Positions 1-9,792 of a stretch of 64,000 bases of DNA are shown in pieces. Position 1 is the first letter of the stretch; every line of letters begins with the position of its first letter. The DNA lies in the NCBI GenBank assembly GCA_965218095.1, contig OZ244587.1, forward strand, positions 480,001 to 544,000, written 5' to 3'. The position numbers and the translations under genes are program-made. This DNA is from Candidatus Poribacteria bacterium. GTDB lineage: Bacteria; Poribacteria; WGA-4E; PCPOR2b. A model generated the notes under the pieces. The model ran no database searches. It saw nothing but the letters and a program-made list of their open reading frames with translations, and was not told the DNA's origin.

Positions 1-230
1 GTGATACTAAGGATATCCGGTTGCTCCCTGTCAATCAACTCGCGGAAATTGGTGTAACCTCACGGAACATTCCAGCGTTTCTGAAACGCCGCCAGTTTCT
101 CCTCTACAACGTCGCATGCAGCAACCATCTCCGTTTCATCAATCACCGCATAGCCACCCACGTGGCAGTATGGCAACACCCCCCCACGGTAGGGGCTTTG
201 TTTCCTTCTCGCTATCTGTTCATCTTCATT
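1..230 (-). pseudogene. Gfo/Idh/MocA-family oxidoreductase N-terminal remnant, running off the window edge
   Basis: Manual minus-strand translation gives EDEQ...LPYCHVGGYAVIDETEMVAACDVVEEKLAAFQKRWNVP*GYTNFRELIDREQPDILSI. In-frame TGA at 60-62 and no in-frame start. Confidence 0.65.
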
Positions 231-478
231 TAAGGCGTAGAATCATGAGGATGGTTCATTTTCTGTGTTTTATCACTAAACCTTTGAGAATCAGCATCGG
301 AACTAGGAAATTCACGTCGCAAAAGTGCAGAGCCTGCCCCAATCTATCGAAGAGTTCACGAGTTGATGGGTTTATTGAACCCTTGAACTCAAATCCCCGG
401 TCGTCTTCTCAATACGCCAACCAGAGCAGATTTTCTCACGGATTTAGTGATAGCACACCATCCCTGACATTCTCAACA

Positions 479-518
479 AAAAAGCCTGTTACAGATACTT
501 ACCTGTAACGGGCCTTTT
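479..518 (-). terminator. Intrinsic terminator of the 522-794 gene
   Basis: Hairpin aggcccgttacagg-taagta-tctgtaacaggct followed by a T-run on the minus strand, just after the stop codon. Confidence 0.75.
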
Positions 519-521
519 CTG

Positions 522-794
522 TTAGCTTTTCCGCTTCATTAGCACAACAACAATGATAACGACGAGGATAGCGACAATCCACCAATTATGCCTGACCCAG
601 CTCCAAAAGATATTGAACGCGATCCAGCTTAAAACCTCAATGGCGAGAATAATCCCTGCTTTATTCCACGGAAATTCCGCGTACCGTTCACGATATTTCG
701 TGGATAGCCACCATGATAACCCCACCGTACCAAGTACGATAATCAAAAACAGAAAATTAACCAGTGATTGAGCCGCGCCTAAAATCGATTCCAT
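522..794 (-). CDS. Small hypothetical membrane protein (3 TM)
   Basis: 90-aa ORF with three hydrophobic segments and a basic tail. RBS aaggag upstream, terminator downstream. Confidence 0.75.
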   Translation of the reverse strand: MESILGAAQSLVNFLFLIIVLGTVGLSWWLSTKYRERYAEFPWNKAGIILAIEVLSWIAFNIFWSWVRHNWWIVAILVVIIVVVLMKRKS

Positions 795-814
795 TCAGAA
801 TAATCTCCTTTCCC

Positions 815-881
815 ATGCACTACATATCATATGCACTACATATCATATGCACTACATATCATATGCACTACATATCATATG
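815..881. repeat. Perfect tandem repeat, 4 x ATGCACTACATATCAT (16 bp)
   Basis: Units at 815, 831, 847 and 863, plus a partial ATG. Confidence 0.95.
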
Positions 882-925
882 GATGTGTCTATTTAGCTAT
901 AACTTTATTGCTATTTTACAGATGT

Positions 926-1741
926 TCAACGAATTCGATCCGGACGGCTATAAACGGTCATGTCCTTGCCTCGCATAAACCCAATCAGCGTCATTTCACC
1001 CTCTTGCGCCAATTCGACAGCGAGACTTGATGCGGCCGAAACCGCCACAATCACTGGTATACGGGCGAATAACGCTTTTTGAATAATCTCGAAACTGGCG
1101 CGACCACTCACCATCAAAATGTGTCGATCTAGAGGAAACTGCTCAGTCAGCAATGTTTCTCCAATCACTTTATCTACTGCATTGTGTCTCCCGATATCCT
1201 CACGTATGATTTGCAGTTTACCCCGTGCATCAAATAAGCCAGCGGCGTGGAGTCCACCAGTTGCTTCAAAGACAGATTGGGCGGATCGAAGCTGATCATC
1301 GAGCCGGTGAAAAACAGCTAGATCTATTTGAATCTGCGAGTCAATCGGCGGCACCTCTTGTTTAACGGATTCGATGGTCATTTTGCCGCACAATCCACAA
1401 CTGGCATTGGCGTGGAAGTTCCGCTGCCATCCTTCCTGTTTTTCGATTGCTTGTCCATTCGTGAGGTGAACGTTAATGATATTTTGCAGGTTGGCTTGCT
1501 CAACATCGTCGCAATAGGCAATCGCTCCGATGTCGTCAGATGATGCAATGAGTCCTTCTGTGTAGAGAAATCCTGCGGCGAGATCGAAGTCATGTCCTGG
1601 TGTCCGCATCACAACAACGAGACTCTGCCCACCTACCCGAATTTCGAGCGGCTCTTCAACCACAAGAGAGTCTTCATCCGGCGACAGTTGAAAATTACGC
1701 CAGCGTGTAACCTGTTTCGTGAGAGTTGGTTTTGGCTGCAT
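926..1741 (-). CDS. fdhD: Formate dehydrogenase accessory sulfurtransferase FdhD
   Basis: EEPLEI, MRTPGHD, SCGLCG, TGGLHAA, REDIGRHNAVDK and SGRASFE motifs. Confidence 0.95.
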   Translation of the reverse strand: MQPKPTLTKQVTRWRNFQLSPDEDSLVVEEPLEIRVGGQSLVVVMRTPGHDFDLAAGFLYTEGLIASSDDIGAIAYCDDVEQANLQNIINVHLTNGQAIEKQEGWQRNFHANASCGLCGKMTIESVKQEVPPIDSQIQIDLAVFHRLDDQLRSAQSVFEATGGLHAAGLFDARGKLQIIREDIGRHNAVDKVIGETLLTEQFPLDRHILMVSGRASFEIIQKALFARIPVIVAVSAASSLAVELAQEGEMTLIGFMRGKDMTVYSRPDRIR

Positions 1742-1941
1742 AGTGAATTGGGAATCAAAAGGGTGACGTGTCTGAGAACCGACAGAATTTTTGATATTGT
1801 ACCATATTCCCGGTATCTTGTATAGGGAAATTTAGAATCTACGATGCCTTCCCTTTTAGTGAGAAAAACGAAAATCATGTTGAGTATGATGTGTATTGCG
1901 TGAAACACGATATGCGATCAGGGGAATTATAAATTTGTTCC

Positions 1942-1971
1942 TTGACGAATCTGGGGTTTCTGTGTAATAAT
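1942..1971 (+). promoter_or_regulatory. Putative sigma70 promoter for tpiA-secG
   Basis: TTGACG-N17-TAATAA(T) with an upstream TG. Confidence 0.45.
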
Positions 1972-2206
1972 TTGAAGCTAATTCTGGGAAGGTTCATTTC
2001 TCCGTGCTATCATTAAATTGTTGAGAAAATCTGTTTTGCCGTAACTTGAAGCTCTGCAGCGTCTCACAACGATGCAAGATTCAAGATGCAATGAACCCTG
2101 TATCTTGTTTTCCTTATGCGCCATTTTCCAGTCACCACACGGCTTCTCAAATATTTAGTGTAGTATACACAGTCGTCAAAAGGCAACCTCTGGGAGTATT
2201 GGGAAA

Positions 2207-2965
2207 ATGAGGACACCAATCATTGCCGGTAATTGGAAACTCAACAAAACCATCGGTGAATCCGTAGATCTCGTCATCGCACTGCGAACTCTGATAGTTG
2301 ATGTCACCAATGTTGAAATTATTGTTGCTCCGGTTTTCACAGCACTCTCTGCAGTTGCACAGGTGCTGGAAGGCAGCAATATTTGTCTTGCCGCACAGGA
2401 TGTGTTCTGGGAAGAGAGTGGCGCATTCACAGGCGAAGTGTCGCCGACGATGCTCAAGGATGCTGGATGTGATTACGTGATCATCGGTCACTCGGAACGC
2501 CGGCAATATTTCGGTGAAACAAACGAGAGCGTTAACCGCAAAGTGAAGGCAGCACACGCGCACGGCTTGACGCCGATTATCTGCGTTGGTGAACAGCTTG
2601 CAGACCGGGAGGCTGGCAGAACCGAATCGGTAGTCGAGTACCACGTCATTAACGGGCTCGCGGAGTTATCTGCCGATCAGATCTTGTCCACCGTCATCGC
2701 TTATGAACCTGTCTGGGCGATCGGTACTGGCAAAACTGCGACCCCAAATCAAGCGCAAGAAGTCCATGCGTTCATCAGATCGCTGTTATCAAAAATTTGT
2801 ACGGCTGATGTCGCATCACAGGTTCGGATTCAGTATGGCGGGAGCGTCAAGCCGGACAACGCTGACGAGTTGATGGCGCAGCCGGATGTAGATGGCGCGT
2901 TGGTCGGTGGGGCAAGCCTGGAATCGGAATTGTTTGCACAAATTGTGAAGGCTGTGGAAAGATAG
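2207..2965 (+). CDS. tpiA: Triosephosphate isomerase
   Basis: IAGNWK, IGHSERR, AYEPVWAIGTG, YGGSV and LVGGAS motifs. Confidence 0.98.
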   Translation: MRTPIIAGNWKLNKTIGESVDLVIALRTLIVDVTNVEIIVAPVFTALSAVAQVLEGSNICLAAQDVFWEESGAFTGEVSPTMLKDAGCDYVIIGHSERRQYFGETNESVNRKVKAAHAHGLTPIICVGEQLADREAGRTESVVEYHVINGLAELSADQILSTVIAYEPVWAIGTGKTATPNQAQEVHAFIRSLLSKICTADVASQVRIQYGGSVKPDNADELMAQPDVDGALVGGASLESELFAQIVKAVER

Positions 2966-3162
2966 CTAGTTGAAGAAAGGGGTTGCGCCCCAATCGAAGA
3001 TCAGGGTTGGAAACGAGAGATTTTAGCAATCGTAACTTTGAGTACGAAAGTCGTGGTCTGGCGGTCCGAATGTGCTCGGGGTCGCTTTTCAGGATCCAAT
3101 CAAGAATCGAGAACACTCGAAAAAATAGCACACCCTATCAACAAGTAAAGTGAGGAACTATC

Positions 3163-3552
3163 ATGGAAATTATCGTTGGCTTTATTCTTGTGCTGTTTCT
3201 GCCCACCTGCTTTTTATTGCCGATTATTATCTTGTTACAAGATAGCAAAGGTGAAGGGCTTTCGACAGGCGCATTTGGTGGAGCGGGCAGCAGCATGCAA
3301 TCAATTTTGGGCGGGCAAGGCGCCGCAACCTTCCTTTCCAAGTTCACAACATGGCTTGCTATCGGATTCATGGTAATGGCGCTCTTCCTGATGCGCTTCT
3401 ACGGTGAGAAAGACGATCAACAACTATCACTACCTCCACAGGAAGCAGCACAATCAGCAGGAGTAATTACTCCTGTTGATGAAACGGAGGAATCAACAGC
3501 CGATTCGGAAGTGGGCGAGGCATCTGACGCTAGTGATACCGAAGCAAACTAG
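3163..3552 (+). CDS. secG: Preprotein translocase subunit SecG
   Basis: ILLQDSKGEGL...AFGG...GAATFLSKFT with two TM segments. Conserved position after tpiA. Confidence 0.9.
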   Translation: MEIIVGFILVLFLPTCFLLPIIILLQDSKGEGLSTGAFGGAGSSMQSILGGQGAATFLSKFTTWLAIGFMVMALFLMRFYGEKDDQQLSLPPQEAAQSAGVITPVDETEESTADSEVGEASDASDTEAN

Positions 3553-3583
3553 TCAACATCTGATAGTTCAGAAGACGCTGGGA

Positions 3584-3661
3584 AGTGAAAACGTGAGGAG
3601 TGATGAGTGAAGCCAAAGCCTGATGTGCATCTTCACTTATCACTTGTCATTGGTCACTTCA
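3584..3661. repeat. Heptamer short tandem repeat hairpin
   Basis: A degenerate (a/g)AGTGA/ACGTGA 7-mer run followed by an inverted TCACTT run. Confidence 0.55.
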
Positions 3662-3703
3662 GCCGCAAAATGAATAATCTCGATCCGTGCCGCAAATCCA
3701 CCA

Positions 3704-4126
3704 ATGTCCGATCAGCCTATCCCTCAACAGGCGTGGGTTGTGCACCCGTTGCGTGAAAACTGGATGCGCTCAACCCTGCTCTTACTCTTTCTTACCCTCT
3801 TTTTCTCAGGCGTTTACTGGCTTTTCCAGTCCGTTGCCGTTACCTTCCTTTCAGCGATCTTTTTAATCGCGTCCTTATACCGCTATTTCGTGCCTTTTCG
3901 ATACGAATTCTACGAGCATCAGCTTGTCGTCACGGCGCCATTTTATCGACAAACAAAGCCCTGGTCCGCCTTTCGCAGCTTTTACGTTGATAGCAACGGT
4001 GTGCTCTTGAGCCCATTCGCGAAACCCTCTCGGCTTGAGAACTTTCGGGGCATCTATGTGCGTTTTGGCGCAAATCAATCCGAAGTAGTTGATTTTATCA
4101 AAGAAGTCATATTGAGTAAAATATAA
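3704..4126 (+). CDS. Hypothetical membrane protein (2 TM plus PH-like tail)
   Basis: 140-aa ORF with two TM helices and a soluble C-terminus (GVLLSPF..PSRLENFRG). Confidence 0.75.
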   Translation: MSDQPIPQQAWVVHPLRENWMRSTLLLLFLTLFFSGVYWLFQSVAVTFLSAIFLIASLYRYFVPFRYEFYEHQLVVTAPFYRQTKPWSAFRSFYVDSNGVLLSPFAKPSRLENFRGIYVRFGANQSEVVDFIKEVILSKI

Positions 4127-4411
4127 AGATGTGGTAAAATAGAGGAAGGGAGATAATTTATGTCCCCAAATTTTCGCTTCGGATACCCATTCACTTTATG
4201 AAAGCATTGAAACGGTTTCGGATGCGAAAAACTGTGAGGAACTGTACTACCTCGTTCCTGATTGTGCGGAGCTGGCCCATAAGGGGCCTGACTGAAAATG
4301 TGATGCAGATGGCGGTCATCCATCTTGGAACCGGGCAATCCGCTGGCATTGGCTCATGTTAAGACTCCGTGTAAAGGCAAAATTCACACCAATGATTTCG
4401 CGGCTTCTCTA

Positions 4412-4569
4412 GGTTCTGTTGACATTTGACAAATTGAACCAATCTCCGTTCCGAGAGTCTTCGACCTGATGCACTTGAGGCGATTTCGGACAACCGCCTC
4501 GGTTTTTGGCGGATCGCCCGATGATTACAGCATTTCTCGAATTGGCGACAGCAAAATGTCAACACACCC
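4412..4569. mobile_element. MITE copy 1 (IS5-type ends)
   Basis: GGTTCTGTTGACATTT ... AAATGTCAACACACCC, TA-flanked. The interior matches the copies at 9172 and 9540. Confidence 0.9.
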
Positions 4570-4664
4570 TAGACATTTACCATGTAATCATCTCTTTGGA
4601 AAGATGGAAGATTCGGTGCAAATAACGCAATTGCGTTCCTTGTGCTGTTCTTCGGATTTTACTA

Positions 4665-5484
4665 GGTTCTGTTGACATTTCAAGGGAGCCATATAAGAGT
4701 GGAGACAAAGCTGAGAAATCCCAAATAACGGACAGCTAGCTTCTCAAACCGAGAGAAGATACGACGATACCATTTTATCTTGTTGATGAAACATTCAACC
4801 TGATGTCTCTCTTTGTATAAGCGTTTGTCATACGTTCTTTGGTCAACACGATGACTTTTTGGCGGTATCACCGCAATCGCTCCATTCGCCTCAATAACCG
4901 CGATAAAAGCGTCCGAATCGTACCCCTTGTCTCCAATCACATATTCACTGTTATATCCGATTATCAACCCTTCCGCCTCAGCTATGTCATGTCTCTGACC
5001 GGGGGTCAGATGAATTCTTAGCGGATTGCCTAGTCCGTCAACTGTGATGTGATTTTTTGTACTGAAACCGCCCCGAGACCGACCTAATGCTTGGTTTTCA
5101 GTTCCCCCCTTTTTTTTAAGGCGCCCGCCGCAGACGGGTGAGCGCGGCAGATGGTACTGTCCACAATAAGCGACTCGATATCGGGGTCAGAGGCGAAGTG
5201 GGGGTGCATCTGTGTGAAGATACCTTTGTCGCACCATCGAGCAAAACGCTTGTAGCGGGTGTTCCATTTGCCATAGGTGTCTGGTAGAAGTCTCCATTGA
5301 GCGCCGCTACGAGTCACCCACAGGACGGCTTCGACGAAGCGGCGTGTAGCAGCTTCGTCGCCAACATAGATGGTGGGACAGCTTAGAAGAAACTGGTATA
5401 TCTTATTCCATTGTTCATCAGGTAAGGTTATTGGCGTCATTCTTCTATTATGCCACAACCTTATACTCAAATATCAACAGAACC
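4665..5484 (-). mobile_element. IS5-family (IS427-group-like) insertion sequence, apparently intact
   Basis: 16-bp TIRs and a TA duplication. orfA (5084-5470) and orfB (4680-~5105) join at an A8G6 slippery site. Motifs LRSGAQWR-like, DST, GDKGYD, ERHQVECFINKIK. Confidence 0.92.
4680..5440 (-). CDS. IS5-family transposase (programmed -1 frameshift)
   Basis: After CTTAAAAAAAAGGGGGG the shifted frame reads ENQALGRSRGGFSTKNHITVDGLGNPL..., continuous with ORF 4680-4967. Confidence 0.85.
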
Positions 5485-5685
5485 TAATTGCTGCATTATA
5501 GTGGGCAAAGCGGTCTGGGTCATCATTGGGCGGTAGGCTAAAAAATGCCCCAATCAGCGTCGATAGACGCCGTGGGAGATTGCCGCAACCCGTTCATCGG
5601 ATTCGGCGTGGATTGCTTGAAGATGAGTAATGAAGTTTCCAGCGTCAGTGAAGACGGTTATTGTCCCAAAAATTCTGCACGCCGC

Positions 5686-6441
5686 TTATTTAGATATATG
5701 GAGTTGATTGATCAATGACGCACTGTATCCGCCTCCGAATCCATTGTCAATATTGACAACGGTTACGCCTGAAGCGCAACTATTCAGCATGCTCAACAAT
5801 GCTGCGACGCCACCAAAACTGGCGCCATAACCCACGCTCGTGGGCACGGCGATGACGGGCTTATCGATCAACCCACCGACAACGCTCGCAAGTGCACCTT
5901 CCATTCCTGCCACAACGACGAGCACACGGGCTTGGATCAGCTTCTCGTGATTGTTGAGCAGGCGATGCAACCCAGCAACGCCGACATCGTACAATCGCTC
6001 CACACGGTTGCCCATAATCTGTGCGGTTTCCACTGCTTCTTCAGCGACAGGAATATCAGAGGTGCCAGCGGATACGACCAGGATGCCATCGTGCAGATCG
6101 CCGGCAGATCGCCCGATCGTGATTGTGCGTCCGAGTTGATTGAAATGGGCCGATGGATCGAGGGCAACTAACGCTTCGTAAATTTCCGGGGTCGCACGGG
6201 TGGCGAGCAGGAGATGATTGGCAGTGAGAATCCGTTCGCTTATTTCTTTCACCTGATTAACGGTTTTTCCTTCGCAAAAAATGACCTCCGGGAAACCTTG
6301 TCGTAGTTGCCGATGGTGGTCCACTTTGGAAAACCCAAGATCTTCAAACGGTAAGTGACGTAAAGATTGAATTGCCTTTTCAACTTCAACTTCGCCGTGC
6401 TTAACCTGTTCAAAGAGCACACGTAATCTGTCGAGATTCAT
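5686..6441 (-). CDS. larB: Nickel pincer cofactor biosynthesis protein LarB (AIR carboxylase-like)
   Basis: [56 protein letters not shown] and VNIDNGFG motifs. Confidence 0.93.
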   Translation of the reverse strand: MNLDRLRVLFEQVKHGEVEVEKAIQSLRHLPFEDLGFSKVDHHRQLRQGFPEVIFCEGKTVNQVKEISERILTANHLLLATRATPEIYEALVALDPSAHFNQLGRTITIGRSAGDLHDGILVVSAGTSDIPVAEEAVETAQIMGNRVERLYDVGVAGLHRLLNNHEKLIQARVLVVVAGMEGALASVVGGLIDKPVIAVPTSVGYGASFGGVAALLSMLNSCASGVTVVNIDNGFGGGYSASLINQLHISK

Positions 6442-6530
6442 TTAATTTTTGGCTCCAGATAAAGAAACCACAGGCATCCGATGCTTCCACCTGTGGTTTC
6501 GGTTTCTAAAGAATATGCAATGTGTGAATC

Positions 6531-6911
6531 TTAACTAACCGATTCCCCTTCGTCGGCTTCGACCTCTGCCTCTTCGCTATCATTCGAGATGATAGTGGCA
6601 AGGTCTGCCTTCTTCTCGACGAAAGCAGCTTTTCCAGCCTCAACTGCCGCTTTCATACCCTCCGCTGCTTCGTCAATGCGCGTTCTCCCCTGATCGACCA
6701 GGGCAGTTACCCTTTCCTTTGTCACTTCTCTTGCTCTATGGGCAGTTCCAACGGTTCGTGCTTTCGCATCCATGGAAGCATCGCGGATTTTTTCTCGTGT
6801 CTCTCTGCCGGGCATTGGCGCGAAGAGTAAACTGAGAATTGCACCGACTATCCCGCCCAGAAAGAAAGCAAACACAACGGCAAGCCCATTGCCTTGTTTT
6901 TCGTTATCCAT
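6531..6911 (-). CDS. YtxH domain protein
   Basis: FFLGGIVGAILSLLFAPMPGRETR motif. Follows a DUF948 gene. Confidence 0.85.
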   Translation of the reverse strand: MDNEKQGNGLAVVFAFFLGGIVGAILSLLFAPMPGRETREKIRDASMDAKARTVGTAHRAREVTKERVTALVDQGRTRIDEAAEGMKAAVEAGKAAFVEKKADLATIISNDSEEAEVEADEGESVS

Positions 6912-6941
6912 TTGAATGACCTCCTTCGCTGTTATGATTGA

Positions 6942-7189
6942 TTATTTTTCCAAAATTTCGCTAATCCGCTCTATCCCCTGATTAACGAAATCACCGACCG
7001 CTTCTTTCGCTTTGTGAGTCGCTTCAACCGTTCGTTCTTTGGCATCAATAGAGGCTCTGCGAATCTGCTGTCTCGTTTTCCTGCCTAGCTGTGGCGCCAG
7101 CAGTAAACTGAGGGTCGCACCGACCAGGGGCTGCCTATGGACAAACCGACCACAAACCAGAGCGCGCTATTTCCTCTTTCGTTATCCAT
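6942..7189 (-). pseudogene. Frameshifted YtxH paralog
   Basis: MDNERGNSALWFVVGLSIG / LVGATLSLLLAPQLGRKTRQQIRRASIDAKERTV...EK*. The 248-bp length implies a frameshift near 7128. Confidence 0.8.
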
Positions 7190-7258
7190 TTCGATTACTC
7201 CTTTCGCCAACAGGGTATAGTTTGCTTGCACTCGTTCTTAACATGAGCCAATAGCGAT

Positions 7259-7828
7259 TTACTCGCTTTGTTCCTGTTGGGTTGTATCTTCCGAATCTGA
7301 TGTGCGTGACTTCCGAAACTGATGGAATACCTCCCAGCCCGCTTTAATCCCGCTCCATCCACTGATAATGTCTGTGACAGGGACGGAAAGTTGATCGCGA
7401 TAGTATTTCGCACGCTTAACTGTTGTTTGCGAAAAATCCGTTAAGACGTTGATCAATTCGTCAATTTTCGCAACGTTTCGGTTTATCGTTTCCGTCATTT
7501 CCTGGATGCTATGCGTCGTCGGTTGGATCTCGGATTCGCTAATCTGCTGGATGGAAGCCGTGATACCATTAACATTCTCAAGCAACTGTGGAAGTTCGCG
7601 GTTCAATTCCGTAACCGTTTGATCCAAAGATTCGAGTAAGGTGCTGACCTCTTTATGTACACCTACCAGGTTTTCGGTAGATTTGAGTAAGTTGCTGACC
7701 TCTTTGTCTACCAGATTCTCTATGGACTTCAAAGCTCTTCCAATACTATACGCCAGCGACACAAACAACCAAGCTAGTACTAATAGCGCCAAAGCTAAAG
7801 GAATTTGCCATAAAAGCGAAGTATCCAT
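7259..7828 (-). CDS. DUF948/YtxG-like membrane-anchored coiled-coil protein
   Basis: N-terminal TM followed by a helical heptad region. Lies upstream of the ytxH-like genes. Confidence 0.7.
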   Translation of the reverse strand: MDTSLLWQIPLALALLVLAWLFVSLAYSIGRALKSIENLVDKEVSNLLKSTENLVGVHKEVSTLLESLDQTVTELNRELPQLLENVNGITASIQQISESEIQPTTHSIQEMTETINRNVAKIDELINVLTDFSQTTVKRAKYYRDQLSVPVTDIISGWSGIKAGWEVFHQFRKSRTSDSEDTTQQEQSE

Positions 7829-7858
7829 ATTTCATTCCTTGCTACGAAGGGTTAGTTT

Positions 7859-7925
7859 GTAAAACGTAATAAGAAGAGTCGTAAAACGTGAAGCGTCAGA
7901 AGACGCCTTACGTTTTACGAACTCT
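7859..7925. repeat. Heptamer (AAAACGT)-based hairpin, possible terminator
   Basis: gagtcgtaaaacgtgaagcgtc-agaa-gacgccttacgttttacgaactc. Confidence 0.7.
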
Positions 7926-7958
7926 CTGTAACACCATTAGTTTTCACGCTTCTTCCAT

Positions 7959-9143
7959 TTAGAAGACGCGGTAGTTGAGTACAACGGTAAAATCGCTGAT
8001 GATGTCTTCTTCAGGCACCTTTGTGATTTGTTCCGTTACCACTAGGTTGAGATTATTCTCAATGTAGTAGATGAACGAAGCTCCCAATGAATGACTGGTC
8101 TTTGTATCCTCTGCTTCGAGTTTTTCCAACCGAAGCAGATGTCGAAAGCGAACGTCAATACGGTTGGACAACTCGTAAGAAATATCGGTTGATAACGACG
8201 ACGAGAATGCTGTCCCGAAGTTATCAAAAGGTGTGTTCATTGAGATGCGCTCACTGACCTGCCACTGCCAAGCTATTGGACGGGCATAACTCGCACTCAC
8301 ATCTAAATTCGCAGGTGAACGGTCCTGGTCTGTATATGGTAGGGTAATATCGAACTTGGAGCCAAGGGTCACGTCCCAGCCATAAAACCGATCTGCGATA
8401 TCCTCACGTTCAAGAACCTCCTCAATGCGAAGGATTCCGATTGCACCGAGCCCACCTTCTTTGAGAAGATTTGACTCACGCATAATCGTTTCCATGTCTT
8501 TATACCATTCCTTTTCGTAGGTCTCGCCATATCTGTCTCTATATTCCCCTTCGCGATTGATAATCTTGCTAATTTCAAGAAGGGCTTCCTTGGGCAAATG
8601 ATCGCTAAGTTCTCCCTCCTTAATGAGAAACTCTTCAATTCGAACGGCTTTTGCCAGATCTGTTGCTTCAATAAACCGTCCATATCCCACACCGACAGTG
8701 AGAGCGGAAGCGGGTTGATCGTACTCCTTGAACATGTTTGAACTGGCACGGACGGAACCGAAGAGATCTTTAAGTGCCGCACTATTTTGCATAAGATACT
8801 TTTTGACCCCTGCATCTCCGTTCACTTGATAATTCGTGTTGTACTCGTCGGTCTCTATGTTTTTATCCACTAAACCAGAGCCAATAATGTCAATGGAATA
8901 ACCAAATGGCAAGGAATCATAAAACCTTTTGTAAACACCGCCGATGTTTCCTTTGCTGGTTGTCGCATCCGATCCTGCCGTCGCGTGGTTCATGGAAAAA
9001 TCAATGAGGAGGCGGTCCGCAGCACTGACTGGAACCTGATAATCGGTAACAGATACGTTTTGTGCAGACACATTGCTCGAGATAAACTCTCCAAACAACA
9101 CGAGTGTTGCCCCTAGAAGTGCATACACACATTTCTTCAACAT
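7959..9143 (-). CDS. Hypothetical secreted/outer-membrane beta-barrel protein
   Basis: Start MLKKCVY at 9143 with RBS ggag. Signal peptide, alternating beta-strand pattern and C-terminal LNYRVF. The ORF-track extension to 9323 is MITE sequence. Confidence 0.7.
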   Translation of the reverse strand: MLKKCVYALLGATLVLFGEFISSNVSAQNVSVTDYQVPVSAADRLLIDFSMNHATAGSDATTSKGNIGGVYKRFYDSLPFGYSIDIIGSGLVDKNIETDEYNTNYQVNGDAGVKKYLMQNSAALKDLFGSVRASSNMFKEYDQPASALTVGVGYGRFIEATDLAKAVRIEEFLIKEGELSDHLPKEALLEISKIINREGEYRDRYGETYEKEWYKDMETIMRESNLLKEGGLGAIGILRIEEVLEREDIADRFYGWDVTLGSKFDITLPYTDQDRSPANLDVSASYARPIAWQWQVSERISMNTPFDNFGTAFSSSLSTDISYELSNRIDVRFRHLLRLEKLEAEDTKTSHSLGASFIYYIENNLNLVVTEQITKVPEEDIISDFTVVLNYRVF

Positions 9144-9171
9144 AGCAAATCTCCTTTTTCTAAGTGTTCTA

Positions 9172-9330
9172 GGTTCTGTTGACATTTGACGGATTGAACC
9201 AATCTCCGTTCCGAGAGTCTTCGACCTGATGCACCTTGAGGCGATTTCGGATAACCGCCTGGGTTTTTGGCGGGTTGCATGATGATTACAGCGTTTGCCG
9301 AATTCGCGATGGCGAAATGTCAACAGAACC
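9172..9330. mobile_element. MITE copy 2
   Basis: Perfect 16-bp TIRs GGTTCTGTTGACATTT/AAATGTCAACAGAACC, TA-flanked, 159 bp. Confidence 0.93.
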
Positions 9331-9539
9331 TAGTAGTCAAATTTGAGTTTTACAAACCCGTGAAATTACCCTAAAAATAATCGTATATATAGGCCACATT
9401 TGTCAAGGAAAAACTAAACTCTAAGCCACCATCTGCTTATTACGTTAGTTTTTGTCAGAAAACATGGTTTCGAGACATCGGGGAAGATTCGATACAAAAA
9501 GCCGGTTTCTCTAACGGTAGGGCAAAACCTCAGTTATTA

Positions 9540-9698
9540 GGTTCTGTTGACATTTGATGGATTGAACCAATCTCCGTTCCGAGAGTCTTCGACCTGATGC
9601 ACCTTGAGGCGATTTCGGATAACCGCCTGGGTTTTTGGCGGGTAGCGCGATGATTACAGCGTTTCCCGAATTCGCGATGGCGAAATGTCAACAGAACC
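9540..9698. mobile_element. MITE copy 3
   Basis: Near-identical to copy 2, same orientation, TA-flanked. Confidence 0.93.
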
Positions 9699-9792
9699 TA
9701 ACACTTTTGCACCTTCTTTTGACATAAGCCCAGGGATTAAATCCTCACCAACGGTGAAGTTTAATCCTGCAAAGGTAATGCATGCGCTGTCT

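Larger units (their letters stand above)
4577..5640 (-). pseudogene. Histidine phosphatase (phosphoglycerate mutase family) C-terminal remnant split by IS5
   Basis: Removing the IS and one TA restores ...RVAAISHG... and ...RFAHYNAA|ISKIRRTAQGTQLRYLHRIFHL...W*. The 5' part is missing or frameshifted. Confidence 0.6.

Noticed and set aside
815-881. Possible CRISPR array
   Set aside because: The units are contiguous 16-mers with no spacers, and no cas genes are present.
2966-3700. tRNA expected near secG
   Set aside because: No cloverleaf or T-loop/CCA pattern was found.
9144-9323. 60-aa N-terminal extension of the outer-membrane protein in the ORF track
   Set aside because: It is translated MITE sequence. 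The RBS and signal peptide support ATG 9143.
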